Part shown: positions 20,965-31,467 of the stretch, piece after piece
Layout: every line of letters begins with the position of its first letter
How positions within the stretch are numbered: position 1 is the first letter of the stretch
DNA from: an uncultured delta proteobacterium
GTDB lineage: Bacteria; Myxococcota_A; Polyangia; Polyangiales; Polyangiaceae
Assembly (NCBI GenBank): GCA_963841435.1
Contig: CAWJCS010000005.1
Coordinates: forward strand, 768,001-832,000
Length of the DNA: 64,000 nt
Direction: 5' to 3'
Made by a program: the position numbers and the translations under genes
Notes under the pieces: model-generated
The model's database searches: none
What the model saw: only the letters and a program-made list of their open reading frames with translations
Told to the model about the DNA's origin: nothing

Positions 20965-22043
20965 GTGCAGAGAACGCGTCCAGGTGGAACGCTCATCGCG
21001 CTCTCGTTGCTACTCGGGGTAGCGGCGCCGGCGGCGGCAGCCCCGCCCGCGAGCGCGCCGACGAGCCCGCAAAGGCCCCCGCGCCGCCGCCCGAAAAGCC
21101 TCGGGCGCCCGCAGCGCCCCCCGGAACACCGACGAGCACGCCGGGCACCAAACCGCCCTCGGCGCTCGGCGCCGTCGAAGCGGCGAGCCTGGCGAGCGGC
21201 GTCGTCGTGCTCGAGCGCGCCGGCAAGCTGCTCGAGCTCGGCACGGTGCTGAACGGCGACGGTCGCATCGTGACGGCGCTCTCGGCCCTCGGTGACGGGC
21301 GACACGTCAACGCGCGCTTTTCCGACGGCACCACGGTGCCGGTGCGGCTCGGCCACGCCGACTACGCGCGCGACCTCGCGCTCCTGGTCCCGCAGACGGG
21401 ACGCCGCCGCCCGGGCCTGAGAGCAACACGCGACGGCGCCGAAGAAGCGGGGCCGCTCAGGAGCTTCGTCGCAACGGGAAAGAAAGCGACGGTGGCCGGC
21501 CTCGTCACGCCCGGCAAGGCCGACACCTTGATCGGCACCGACGGCAAGCCGCTCACTCGGGTGCTCTCCTTCACGACGACCCTGCCCCCCGCAAGCCTCG
21601 GCACACCGTTGCTCGGGAGCAGCGGTGACGTCGAAGCCGTCGCCACGCGTGCTTTCCGCCGGGCGCCCGGCGTCGCCAGGGTCGCGGTGGTGGTCGGTAC
21701 AACGGTCGGCTCGGTCCGCGAGTTTCTGCGCCGCGCGCCGGCCACGGCGGCCCTGCCGTCCGTCGGAATCGGCGTGCAGGGCGAGCCCGTCGATGCGGGC
21801 GTCGCGCGGGGGGTGCGCGTGACGACCGCCCGCGGCCCCGCAGCGGCGGCACGCTTGCGAGCCGGGAAAGATCTCGCCTCGTCCGACGTCATCGTTGCCA
21901 TCGACGGAATACCCGTGATCACTCCCGACGCCCTGGCTAGCGCCGTGGCCGAGCGCTCCCTCGGTGATGCCGTGGACCTCTTGGTTCTGGGCGCCGGGCG
22001 CTATCGCCACGTGACGCTGGTCGTCGCCGCAGCCCCGCGCTGA
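20965..22043 (+). CDS. Secreted trypsin-fold plus PDZ protein (HtrA-like, catalytic residues degenerate; frameshift near 21050)
   Basis: Signal peptide in one frame; protease-like body (GTVLNGDGRIVT, RDLALL) and PDZ (DVIVAIDG) in the other frame. Confidence 0.65.
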
Positions 22044-22046
22044 GCG

Positions 22047-22091
22047 GCCGGGCCCGAGGGCCGCTGGGCCCCCTTTCCCCTCGGCCCCGGC
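22047..22091. terminator. GC-rich hairpin downstream of the RND/PDZ genes (terminator or REP-like)
   Basis: Arms GCCGGGCCCGAGGG / CCCTCGGCCCCGGC, 14 bp with one mismatch; no clear U-tract. Confidence 0.35.
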
Positions 22092-22211
22092 GACGAGCCC
22101 TCGAGCCTTGGCGGGCAGATAAGATCGCCAGGCGCCGACAAGAATTGACAGAACGGAACGAGAAGGCGAGTATCCTCACTCATTCGCCCCGCGCGGGCGC
22201 TGGATTTCCGC

Positions 22212-22985
22212 GTGTCGAGCCCCCTGCGCATCGAAGTTGCCGGCCAGACCGACGTTGGCCGGAAGCGAACTCACAACGAGGATAATTTCGCGATCATGGC
22301 CGAGCACGGCCTGTACGTGGTCGCCGATGGCATGGGCGGCCACGCGTCCGGCGAAATTGCCTCGAAGATGGCGGTCGACACGCTGCACGAGTTCTTCGCG
22401 GCCACCTCCGACGACCCGGAGCGAACCTGGCCCTACAAGATGGACCGCTCGAAGGGTTACGAGGAGAACCGCCTCGTCACCGGCATCAAGCTTTGCAACC
22501 TGCGCATCTACGAGCAAGCGCAGCGAAATGCCAAGCAGCGGGGCATGGGCACGACGCTCGCCGCGCTCTTCGCAGTCGAAGACGGCGTCTACGTCGCGCA
22601 CGTGGGCGACAGCCGCGTATACCGCATCCGCGACGGCGCGATCGAGCAGCTGACCGAAGACCACTCGCTGCTCAACGACTACAAGAAGATGAAGCACCTC
22701 ACGCCGGAGGAGATCGCGAACTTTCCCCACAAGAACGTGATCGTTCGCGCGCTCGGCATGAAGGACACGGTCAAGGTCGACACGCGCTTCGAGGCGCCCC
22801 GCTCCGGTGACGCCATCGTGCTCTGCAGCGACGGCTTGTCCGGCCCCATCGAGGACGACCGGCTGCTCGACCTCGTGGCATCGTCGCCGAATTTGCCACT
22901 CGCCACGCAGCGCCTCATCGACGCCGCCAACGAGAACGGCGGCCCCGACAACATCACCTGCGTCATCGCCCGCTGGATCGACTAG
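22212..22985 (+). CDS. PP2C-family Ser/Thr protein phosphatase (Stp1/PrpC type)
   Basis: TDVGRKRTHNED, VADGMGGH, HVGDSR, LCSDGL, GGPDNIT. Confidence 0.95.
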   Translation: MSSPLRIEVAGQTDVGRKRTHNEDNFAIMAEHGLYVVADGMGGHASGEIASKMAVDTLHEFFAATSDDPERTWPYKMDRSKGYEENRLVTGIKLCNLRIYEQAQRNAKQRGMGTTLAALFAVEDGVYVAHVGDSRVYRIRDGAIEQLTEDHSLLNDYKKMKHLTPEEIANFPHKNVIVRALGMKDTVKVDTRFEAPRSGDAIVLCSDGLSGPIEDDRLLDLVASSPNLPLATQRLIDAANENGGPDNITCVIARWID

Positions 22986-23191
22986 CCGCCCCGCGGCGCG
23001 CTCGAGCCGCGCCTCTTCTGGGACACGGGCGCTCGCGCTCCCTGCCCGTAACTTCGTGTAGGCGAAGGTGCGATGTCGGCCGACCGGCGGGGATGCCGGG
23101 CCCGGTCCGCGCGTTGACGGGGGAAGGCCTCACGGGCATGTTAAAAAAGCCGCGTGCCCGCCATTCCTCCCGATGGCGCCGTGAGAGACGC

Positions 23192-23572
23192 ATGAAGCTC
23201 GGAGAAAAGCTCACGGTGGAGTCGCTCGAGCTCGAGCGCAAGGCCGAGAACTCGTTGTTCCTCAGAGGAACACTCAGCACCCCGACGGCACAGACCGAGT
23301 TCAAGCGGCTCTTGCAGGAGCTGCACACCGAGATCGTCGGCGCCCGCGCCGAGCGCTTCGCCGTCAACGTTCGCGACCTGAGCTTCGTCAACTCGACGGC
23401 CATTCGCGCGTTCGTTGACTGGATTTCGCGAGCAGCGCACGCAGGCTACAAGCTTTCGTTCACCACCAATCCCGCCGTCACCTGGCACCGTTTGAGCTTC
23501 TCGGTGCTAAAGACGCTCGCTCCGGAGAGCGTCGAGATCGTGGAGCTCGGCCCCGGAGTCCTCGAGTCGTGA
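23192..23572 (+). CDS. STAS-like anti-sigma-factor antagonist
   Basis: 126 aa; VRDLSFVNSTAI matches the STAS phosphorylation loop. Confidence 0.7.
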   Translation: MKLGEKLTVESLELERKAENSLFLRGTLSTPTAQTEFKRLLQELHTEIVGARAERFAVNVRDLSFVNSTAIRAFVDWISRAAHAGYKLSFTTNPAVTWHRLSFSVLKTLAPESVEIVELGPGVLES

Positions 23573-23745
23573 CGAGCGGCGGCGCTTCCAGCACGGAGCG
23601 CACCATTCGCATCCTGCGACGAGACTCGGCGGTCAACGAAGCCCGGCGACTGGCCGAGCTCACCGTGAGCTACTGCTCGCCCGAATGCCGCGAGGCCGTC
23701 TCGCTCGCGGTCTGCGAGCTCGGGGAGAATCTCGTCAAGTACGGG
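23569..23745 (+). pseudogene. N-terminal fragment of HATPase-like anti-sigma/Ser kinase
   Basis: AVSLAVCELGENLVKYG (N-box) and then homology ends. Confidence 0.6.
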
Positions 23746-24584
23746 GTTACGCGAACCTCGAGAAACGCGTCGAGCAGCGCACCGCCGAGCTCGCTCGCGC
23801 GGTCGATGCGCTCTGGGGAGAAATGCGACTCGCCCGCAAGATCCAGGAAGCCCTCGTACCGAGCGCGCCCGAGCTCTCCGGCTGCAACGTCGCCGTGGCC
23901 ATGAAACCGGCCGACGAGGTCGGCGGCGACTACTACGACGTGATCCGCGCCGGCAGCCACGAATGGATCCTCATCGGCGACGTCTCGGGTCACGGCGTGC
24001 CTGCGGGTCTCATCATGATGATGTGCCAGACGGCCGTGCGCACCGTGCTCGAGCGCGACCCCGACCTCACTCCCGACCGGCTGCTCACGCTGGTCAACGA
24101 CGTGCTCACCCGGAACATCCATCAGCTCGGCGAGGACAAGTACATGACGATCAGCGCGCTGCGCCGCGACGCCGACGGGGGCATCGCGTTCGCGGGCGCG
24201 CACCAGGACATCTACGTCTACCGCGCGCTCCGCGACGAGATCGAGGTGATCGAGACGAAGGGCATCTGGCTCGGCCTGCGCTCGCGCGCCGAGGGGTCGT
24301 TCACGACGCAGACACTCGACCTCGGCGAGGGCGACGTGCTCGTGCTCTACACGGACGGCATCACCGAGGCCACGCACGACGGTGCGATGTTCGACACGTC
24401 GGGCATGCTCGCCGCGCTCGGTGCCGCCAAGGGCAAGACGGCGCGCGAGCTGCTCGACCACGTGCTCGGCGCGCTGGAAGGCTTCGAGCTGCACGACGAC
24501 GCGACGCTGCTCGTCGTCAGAAAGCTCGGAACGGCCGCCCCACGCCACCTCTCGGCGGAGAGCGGCGCGCACCCGGCAGCCTGA
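23746..24584 (+). pseudogene. SpoIIE/RsbU-type PP2C phosphatase lacking its N-terminal sensor
   Basis: Begins mid coiled coil (NLEKRVEQRTAEL); ARKIQ, VGGDYYD, IGDVSGHG, LYTDGITEA, DDATLLV. Confidence 0.8.
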
Positions 24585-24636
24585 GCCGCCTCCGACGCGC
24601 GCGCGCGGGGCGGGAAATTTGCTACGGTCGCGCCCC

Positions 24637-27084
24637 GTGAAAAAGTCGACTCTGCTCGCTTCCGGCTGGGAAGTCGCCTGCCCGCGTTGGCTCGTGCCCC
24701 CCGCGCGCCTCGGCTTCACGCGGCTCGAGTGGTTGCCCGCCGAGGTGCCGGGCCACGTGCACGTCGATCTCGTGCGCGCGGGCGTGATCCGCGATCCGTT
24801 CGAGGCGCTCGCGGAGCTCGGCAGCCAGTGGGTCGACGAAGAGCGCTGGAGCTACCGTACGACCTTCGAGCTCACGAAGGCACCCGAGCGACCCACGCGG
24901 CTGCTCTGCTTCGAAGGGCTCGATACGGTCGCGAGCGTCTGGCTCGACGGCGTGAAGGTGGCCGAGCACGACGACATGTTCGTGCCGCTCGAGGTCAACG
25001 TGTCGGCGCTCGACGCGGGGCGCCACGAGCTCCGCGTCAACTTCGAGCCGGCGACGGCCGTGGGCCGCGCGCGCCGCGCCCGCTACCTCGCGGCGGAGGG
25101 GCTGCCCGAGAACGTCGTGCGCTTCGACGAGCGCGCCTTCGTGCGCAAGGCCCAATACATGTACGGCTGGGACTGGGGACCCCGGCTGGTTTCGGCCGGG
25201 ATCTGGCAGCCGGTGACGCTCGTCGAGCACGCCGGCAGGCTCACGGAGGTGCACGTCGCCCAGACCCACGAGGCAGGCGGCGCGGTCAAGCTTGGATTCG
25301 AGTCGCGCTTCGAGGGGGCGGGGAGCGTCGTGCACTTCGTCGAGGGGCGTGCGGAGCCGATCGCGAACGGCGGCAGCCTGGCGCTCGCGCACCCCGAGCT
25401 CTGGTGGCCCGCAGGGCTCGGCGCGCAGACGCTGATGACCGTCACGAGCTACCTCGTGCCGGAGCGCGTCGACAGCCGCGACGCCGCCGAGCGACACGCG
25501 CTCGATCGCAAGGTCACGCGCGTCGGGATCCGCCGCGTGCGTCTGCTGATGGAGCCCGACGAGCACGGCGAATCGTTCGAGCTCGAGGTCAACGGCCGGC
25601 GTGTCTACGCGCTCGGAGCAAACTGGATCCCCGATCACTCGTTCCCCTCGCTCGTGACGCGACCGCGACTAAAAGCTCAGCTCGAACGCGCCCGCGCGAT
25701 GAACATGAACATGCTGCGCGTCTGGGGCGGCGGCCTGTACGAGAGCGACGACTTTTACGAGCTTTCCGACGCGCTCGGCCTCATGGTCTGGCAGGATTTT
25801 CCCTTCGCCTGCCAGTACTACCCCGAGGACGCCGAAACCCTGGCCAAGGTGCGCGAGGAGGCCACCTTCCACGTGCGGCGCCTGCGCGAGCACCCGAGCC
25901 TCGTGCTGTGGTGCGGCAACAACGAGAACCTCACGATGTACGAGTCCGGCTGGGACGCGCCCGACCGCCATCCCCCGCGGCTCTACGGAGACGCCATCTA
26001 CGAGGGCGTGCTGCGCGAGGTGCTCGGCGAGCTCGACGCCGAGCGACCCTACGTCCCCACGTCACCCTGGGGCGGGAACAACTCGAACGACGGCGGCATC
26101 GGCGACCAGCACTACTGGGACGTGTGGCACGGCCGCGGCGACTGGAAGCACTACGACGACTCGACGGCGCGCTTCTGCTCGGAGTTCGGCTTCGCCTCGG
26201 CCCCACTTCCGGCTTGCTGGCGGCGCGCCATCCCCGAGGCACCCAATCCGCTCGCCCTCGATGCGCGCGACCGCCGCGCACGCTTCCACGATAAGACCCT
26301 CAAGGGCTACGAAACGTTCCTCGGCTTCGTGGCCCTCCACTACCCGGCCCCCGAGAGCCTCGGTGCCTGGAGCTACCAGTCGATACTCAACCAGCGCGAT
26401 GCACTGCGCCACGGCATCGAGCATTTTCGCCGCTCGGAGCTCTGCCGCGGGGCGCTCATTTGGCAACTCAACGACTGCTGGCCCGTGCAGAGCTGGGCCG
26501 TCGTTGACAGCGAGGGGGAGCTCAAGGCGGCCGCCTTCGAGCTGACGCGCCTGTACGCACCGGCTCTCGCGAGCCTCGTCCTCGGCGAGGGGCGCGCCGA
26601 GCTCTTCGTGATGCTCCACAATGCGAGCACGCCGTTTTCGGGCGAGGCCGTGCTCGAAGCCACGTCGCTCATCGACGGTCGGAGCCTCGGGCGCTTCGGC
26701 AGAGTGGTCACGCTCGAGCCCGACCAGAAAAAGCTCGCGCTCTGCGCGGACCTCGGCGCCTTCCCGCCCGAAACCACGCTGCTCACGGCAAGCTTCGCGG
26801 GCCACCGCACGCACCACCTGCTCTGCGAGCCGAAGGACGCCCGCCCACCGACCCCGAAGCTTCGCGCCCGCGCAGCGGAGGGTGGCGTCGTCATCGAGAG
26901 CGACACCCCCGTCGTCAACCTCTTCGTCCGTGACCCGACCGACCGCGTGCGTTTCACCCGAAACTTCGTGACGCTACCGGCTCCAGGAACCGTCGAGCTT
27001 GGTACGAGCGGCCGGCCCGAGGCTCTCGAGGCAAGGAGCCTTTCGGGTGTTCAGAGGGTCGTGGTGGCGGGAGCGGGTGCCTAG
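24637..27084 (+). CDS. Beta-mannosidase, glycoside hydrolase family 2
   Basis: RKAQYMYGWDWGP, GANWIP, RVWGGG, WCGNNE (acid/base), FCSEFG (nucleophile), WQLNDCWP. Confidence 0.93.
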   Translation: MKKSTLLASGWEVACPRWLVPPARLGFTRLEWLPAEVPGHVHVDLVRAGVIRDPFEALAELGSQWVDEERWSYRTTFELTKAPERPTRLLCFEGLDTVASVWLDGVKVAEHDDMFVPLEVNVSALDAGRHELRVNFEPATAVGRARRARYLAAEGLPENVVRFDERAFVRKAQYMYGWDWGPRLVSAGIWQPVTLVEHAGRLTEVHVAQTHEAGGAVKLGFESRFEGAGSVVHFVEGRAEPIANGGSLALAHPELWWPAGLGAQTLMTVTSYLVPERVDSRDAAERHALDRKVTRVGIRRVRLLMEPDEHGESFELEVNGRRVYALGANWIPDHSFPSLVTRPRLKAQLERARAMNMNMLRVWGGGLYESDDFYELSDALGLMVWQDFPFACQYYPEDAETLAKVREEATFHVRRLREHPSLVLWCGNNENLTMYESGWDAPDRHPPRLYGDAIYEGVLREVLGELDAERPYVPTSPWGGNNSNDGGIGDQHYWDVWHGRGDWKHYDDSTARFCSEFGFASAPLPACWRRAIPEAPNPLALDARDRRARFHDKTLKGYETFLGFVALHYPAPESLGAWSYQSILNQRDALRHGIEHFRRSELCRGALIWQLNDCWPVQSWAVVDSEGELKAAAFELTRLYAPALASLVLGEGRAELFVMLHNASTPFSGEAVLEATSLIDGRSLGRFGRVVTLEPDQKKLALCADLGAFPPETTLLTASFAGHRTHHLLCEPKDARPPTPKLRARAAEGGVVIESDTPVVNLFVRDPTDRVRFTRNFVTLPAPGTVELGTSGRPEALEARSLSGVQRVVVAGAGA

Positions 27085-27105
27085 CGTTTCTGTTTCCGTA
27101 TCCCC

Positions 27106-28660
27106 CTACTCACAAGCTCCCGAGCCCAGCGATCCAATCAACTCGTTCCCGCTCGCCACGCCCGAGTCCACGAGGCACATGCCGGCGGGGACAGTGACGT
27201 TCGCCGACGGCGTGCTCGCGCTCGTGACGTTCAGCGTTCCGGAGACGACCGCGATCTGACCGTTGCTGGTGTCGATGCTCGGATCCGTTCCGTCGAACCA
27301 GATCTTCAGATTCTCGTCGAGGACCGACGGCGAAAGGTCGGGGATTTGGCTCAAGAGCGGCGCGAAATGCAAAAGGAGTGAAAGATCGAAGGTCGGCGAG
27401 AAGGTGAGCAGGCTGCCATCTCCCGTCGGGGACTTCTGGTAGGAGAGGTCGAAGTGCCTGCCGTCGCTCGGGTTCAGATCGAGCGAGGCGAGCGTCGTCC
27501 CGTCGAGCTTCAGCGAGGAGGTCTGGTCGCCGATGCCGAGGTGCTCGAGCGTCAGATGGTCCGTGGAGCCGTCGAACGTGAGCGCTCCCTCGAGACCTGC
27601 CACGAGGAGCTCGAGCGCGCCCGTGTAGGTGGTTCGCGGGATGGGCTCACCGGTCAGGTCGTCGTACTGCTCGGGATCGAACGTGTCGCGGAATGCGTTC
27701 AGGGGGCCCGAAACGGTGAGGGCGCCGAAGTCGATGGCGCCCGTCACCTGCTTCGCGTTGCCGTCGAGGCGAAGCTCCATGGTCGGCGTGCTCTTGCCGA
27801 GACCGACCATCATCCGCTCGCCGAGGTCGTTTTCGAGCGTCACGCCGAGGTCCTTCTGGACGTTCACGAGGAAGCTGTAGTCGCGAGCGGCGTTCTTGTG
27901 GAGCTCGAGACCGAATTGCCCCGTCATCGAGAATCAGGCTGCCCGTGTCCTCACCGGCGGCGACGAGGGTCGCCTGTAGCTCGCCGAGGTCGAGAACGAT
28001 GCCCACGTGGTCGCGGTGGAGCTCGAGTGTCGCTGGGTTGTGCTTGTCCGAGGTGAGCAGCAGCGCAGCATCGACATTGCCCGCACTCGGCGAGGTGAAG
28101 CGCACGCGGACCTGGAGTCGATTCGCCTCGTCGATGCAGGCGGAGTCGTAGGTCGGCGTCGTCGGAGGGGGCTCTCCGGGCGCCGACGTGTCAATCTCCG
28201 AGCAGAGCGTCTGGTAGCCCAAGAGGTAGGTCGCCGACGAGCGATCGGACGCTTCGAGGTTCGCGGGGGTGAAGATGTCCTCGCGCAGGCTCGTCACGAG
28301 GTCATCGATGCCCTGCCGCAGGTCGTCGCGCTGGCCTTGCAAGTCCGTCACGGTGACGGTGTTCGTGGTGCACACGGGGTCGGGGCAGGTCGTGGCGCCG
28401 ACCGGGCAGGGCTGCGCTTCACAGGTTTCGGAGCTGTCGAGTGCGCCGAGCGCGCTGGCGAACGACTCGGAATCCGCCATGAACGAGCCCGAAGCGTGCG
28501 TACCGACGAGCGCGCTCTCGAGGTTGTCGATGGCCGTCTTGGCCAGATCGGCGCTCGCCACGCCTGCGCTGTCGTCGTCACCGCTCGAAGAACCGGCGCA
28601 GGCCGTGAGCGACCACGCGCCAGCAGCCACCACCAACGTCATCACCCTGAACCGCGTCAT
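27106..28660 (-). CDS. Hypothetical lipoprotein (frameshift near 27931)
   Basis: Lipobox LTAC; acidic, Cys-containing; removing one base joins ...GSLI to SMTGQFGL... Confidence 0.7.
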
Positions 28661-28757
28661 GATGTGCTCCTCTTCCCACCGAGCTTCGGGGATGGGCTTG
28701 TGCAAAAGCACTCGATCATAGCCCAGGTCGAGCGCCGTGTACCCACGACGAGAGGCG

Positions 28758-28773
28758 AGCAACAAGCGTGCCC
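28758..28773 (-). promoter_or_regulatory. Candidate sigma-54 promoter for the 28660 lipoprotein
   Basis: Minus strand GGGCACGCTTGTTGCT, close to consensus TGGCACG-N4-TTGCW with correct spacing, about 100 nt before the ATG. Confidence 0.55.
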
Positions 28774-28888
28774 GAGTCGGGGCTATCGTCATCGACGAGC
28801 AAGCGTGGCATTCGTCGCTAGAGAAGCGTCGATGCGTGACGCCAGGGCGTCAGGGGGTGTGACTTCGGTGCCTCGGTACGAGAAAAAC

Positions 28889-29242
28889 CTACCTCGGTGC
28901 CGGCGCCACGACGTTCACGGGCGCCGCCCGATTGTTCACGCGCTCGGCATTGCCCGAGAGCGGGGAGAGCAACGCGTAGATCACGCCGAGCGCGAGCAAC
29001 ATCATGAGCAACGTCACGAGATACGTGTTGATGGGCGGGTGCTTCGCCGTGCTCCAGCCGTCCGCGTAGAACTTGCCGTCGCTGCGCTCGCGCACCTTTT
29101 TCTGGAATCCCGCGAGCACGTCGGGGGGCTCGTCCGAGACGCGGAGCGCGCCACGCACCATGGACCTCAGGCCCTCGTCTTCCTCGATGTCGCTGCTATC
29201 TTCGCGGATTTCTTCGCTCATGGCATCCTCGCCGTCAGCCAA
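28889..29242 (-). CDS. Small single-pass membrane protein, putative anti-sigma factor
   Basis: Overlaps the ECF sigma stop; acidic N-terminus, one TM helix. Confidence 0.6.
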   Translation of the reverse strand: MADGEDAMSEEIREDSSDIEEDEGLRSMVRGALRVSDEPPDVLAGFQKKVRERSDGKFYADGWSTAKHPPINTYLVTLLMMLLALGVIYALLSPLSGNAERVNNRAAPVNVVAPAPR

Positions 29243-29843
29243 TCTTGTCGCCGAGCCGTCGTTCCACGGCCTGCCGCAGCATGCTGCGCGCCCGGTGGAG
29301 GCGACTCTTCACGGTTCCGTCGGGCAAGCCAGTCACCTCGCAAAGCTCCTCGTACGTGAGGTCTTCGACATCACGTAGCACGAGGACCTCGCGAAAGTCG
29401 GGATCCAGCGCCGCAATGCAATCCTTGACGACGCGCTCGACCTCGAGCCCCTCGAGCACGTGATCGGGACGCGAGCTCTCGCCGAGCGTCACGCCCTTGC
29501 CCTCGTTGAGCGGCGCGCGTTCGGCCGCCGGCTCGAGCTCGTCTTCCTCGCCGGTGTGCCGGCGCGACAGATACTTGATGCGGTTTTTGCAGAGGTTCAC
29601 GGCGACGCGGTAGATCCAGGTGCCGAGCTTCGATTCACCGCGAAACTGACCGATCGCCTTGAAGACTTGGACGAAGACCTCTTGCGCCATGTCCTCGGCC
29701 TCGTCGCGCCGCCCCAGCATGCGAAACAACAGCCGGAACACGCGTTGCTCGTACGCCTGCACGAGCTCGTTGAACGCCCGCTCGTCGCGTGCAATCAAAC
29801 GCTCGATGAAGCGCGCTTCGTCCGTCTCGTCGAGCTCAGCCAC
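29235..29843 (-). CDS. ECF RNA polymerase sigma-70 factor
   Basis: Region 2 (AEDMAQEVF, TWIYRVAVN) and region 4 (GTVKSRLHRAR). Confidence 0.95.
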   Translation of the reverse strand: MAELDETDEARFIERLIARDERAFNELVQAYEQRVFRLLFRMLGRRDEAEDMAQEVFVQVFKAIGQFRGESKLGTWIYRVAVNLCKNRIKYLSRRHTGEEDELEPAAERAPLNEGKGVTLGESSRPDHVLEGLEVERVVKDCIAALDPDFREVLVLRDVEDLTYEELCEVTGLPDGTVKSRLHRARSMLRQAVERRLGDKIG

Positions 29844-30119
29844 GTCCCAGCCTAAAGAAGAGTAGGGGCTACGGTAGACCGCGCCGCGCGGGACGTCCTC
29901 CGCCTCGCACGGCGGCGCACGGGCGCCCGCGCCCTCGGAGCCGGAAAGGAGCCGGAACGGCATCTTCCGAAGCGACAGCACCAAGGCGCCCGGTGTTCCG
30001 GATCGAGTCGAGCCGACCCCGCACCTACATCGGCCACCCGCGAGCCACGGCGGCCGCCGGCACGGCGCGGCCCCAAAGCGGCCCCAAGCCCGCCCCCGAA
30101 CGGAAGACGCCCACGGTCG

Positions 30120-30412
30120 CTACGGCGCGAGGTCCGCGGGCGGCGGCGGGGGCACGAGGCCGTCGAGCCAGTGCGTGGCGCTGTTCTCCCGCGACCCCAT
30201 CGACTTGGTGACGGTGCGAATGATCGTGTCTGAACGTTCGATGGGACCGCGCGCTCGTGCACGTTGACCCAATGGCACACGAACTCACCCTGGTCGCAGA
30301 ACGCGAGGCGGACTCCGGCCCGCGTCAGCACGGCGAGCGCGTTCTCGGCGAGCGCGGCGTCGAAGCCGTGCTGGATCAGAGCGTCACGAGCACGGTTCGT
30401 CGCGTCGGTCAT
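30120..30412 (-). CDS. Small hypothetical protein (probable 1-nt deletion near 30243)
   Basis: Adding one C in a C-run gives ...RAVPIERSDTIIRTVTKSMG...DLAP-stop, about 97 aa with normal codon bias. Confidence 0.45.
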
Positions 30413-30478
30413 CGAGCAACCGTGCCACGAGATGGCCCGCGCCGCCGGAGCATCTGCGCGAGGGCGCTCGAAACCGAG

Positions 30479-31276
30479 CTAGCTGCGGCCACGCAGCAGC
30501 TGCCCGAACCAGCCAACCGTTCCGCGGGGATACGTCAAGAGCCGTCCGGACAGCCAGAACGTGCCCGACAGGAAACCGCCGATCACCGGGCGTTCGTCGA
30601 GCAGCGTGGGATCGAGCACCACGTCGTATCGACCGCCGAGGGTATCGACGAGAACCCACCAGAACTCCGTACCGGAAAGCCCGTTCGTCCGGGTCTCGCT
30701 TTCGACGACCTGTCCCGCGAAGATCGCCTGAGAGACCGGCGGATCGTCCTTCTCACCTGCAAACATCCCCGAGGGGATGAAGGAGCGGGCAGCGAGCCTG
30801 AGACCGTCCTCCTCTTGCGAGGCGTCGAAAGCGTCCTCGGAATCGAAGAAGCTCGCTTCGTGCGCGAAGGCGGCGACCTGCGCCTCGGCAATACCCGGGA
30901 TCTCGAGGTCCGGATAAGCCGCCGCGTCGGGCACGTCGAACACGAACGGATACTCGCCTTCCTCGGGCGAGTCCGTACCCGGCGACGCCCAGGCATGAAG
31001 CGCACCGTCCAGCGTGGTTTCGCCAGGACGCCCGACGCGAGCGACGACACCGACGCGCACTCGCGACTTGCCCTCGAAGTGGGGGTTCATCCCGATGAGC
31101 TCGCGACGCGCGTTGAGCTGAAGCCACAGCTGTTCCCCACCGCCGCCACTCCAACGGAGATACCTTCCGCCCTTCACCGGCACCTCGACGGCCCTCCGGG
31201 AAAGCTCCGCGGCGAGGCGGGCGAAGTCCTCCTCCTTCTCGATACGAAACCCAATCGACGAAAGGTGACTTGCCAT
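30479..31276 (-). CDS. Conserved-looking hypothetical protein
   Basis: 265-aa ORF with GC3 bias and globular composition (YPFVFDVPD, GTFWLSGRL). Confidence 0.75.
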   Translation of the reverse strand: MASHLSSIGFRIEKEEDFARLAAELSRRAVEVPVKGGRYLRWSGGGGEQLWLQLNARRELIGMNPHFEGKSRVRVGVVARVGRPGETTLDGALHAWASPGTDSPEEGEYPFVFDVPDAAAYPDLEIPGIAEAQVAAFAHEASFFDSEDAFDASQEEDGLRLAARSFIPSGMFAGEKDDPPVSQAIFAGQVVESETRTNGLSGTEFWWVLVDTLGGRYDVVLDPTLLDERPVIGGFLSGTFWLSGRLLTYPRGTVGWFGQLLRGRS

Positions 31277-31467
31277 GGCCCCGTCGTACGAAGGTATCAG
31301 GTCTGCCGTGCACGCCGACGAGCGCGCAAAGAGCACCCCGTGCATGCGACGTAAGCTCCCGTATTGAATGTAGAATTCAAGTGCGCGCGTTCTCGGGCGA
31401 AGCCGCCCACCCGCGGGGGAACACGCACGTTTGCCGTCCCCGCTGATGCGCGCTCTTATCGTCGCGC

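Noticed and set aside
18133-21252. 1039-aa Arg-rich alternative-frame ORF over the RND gene
   Set aside because: Off-frame GC artefact; only its last part is the real leader of the PDZ protein
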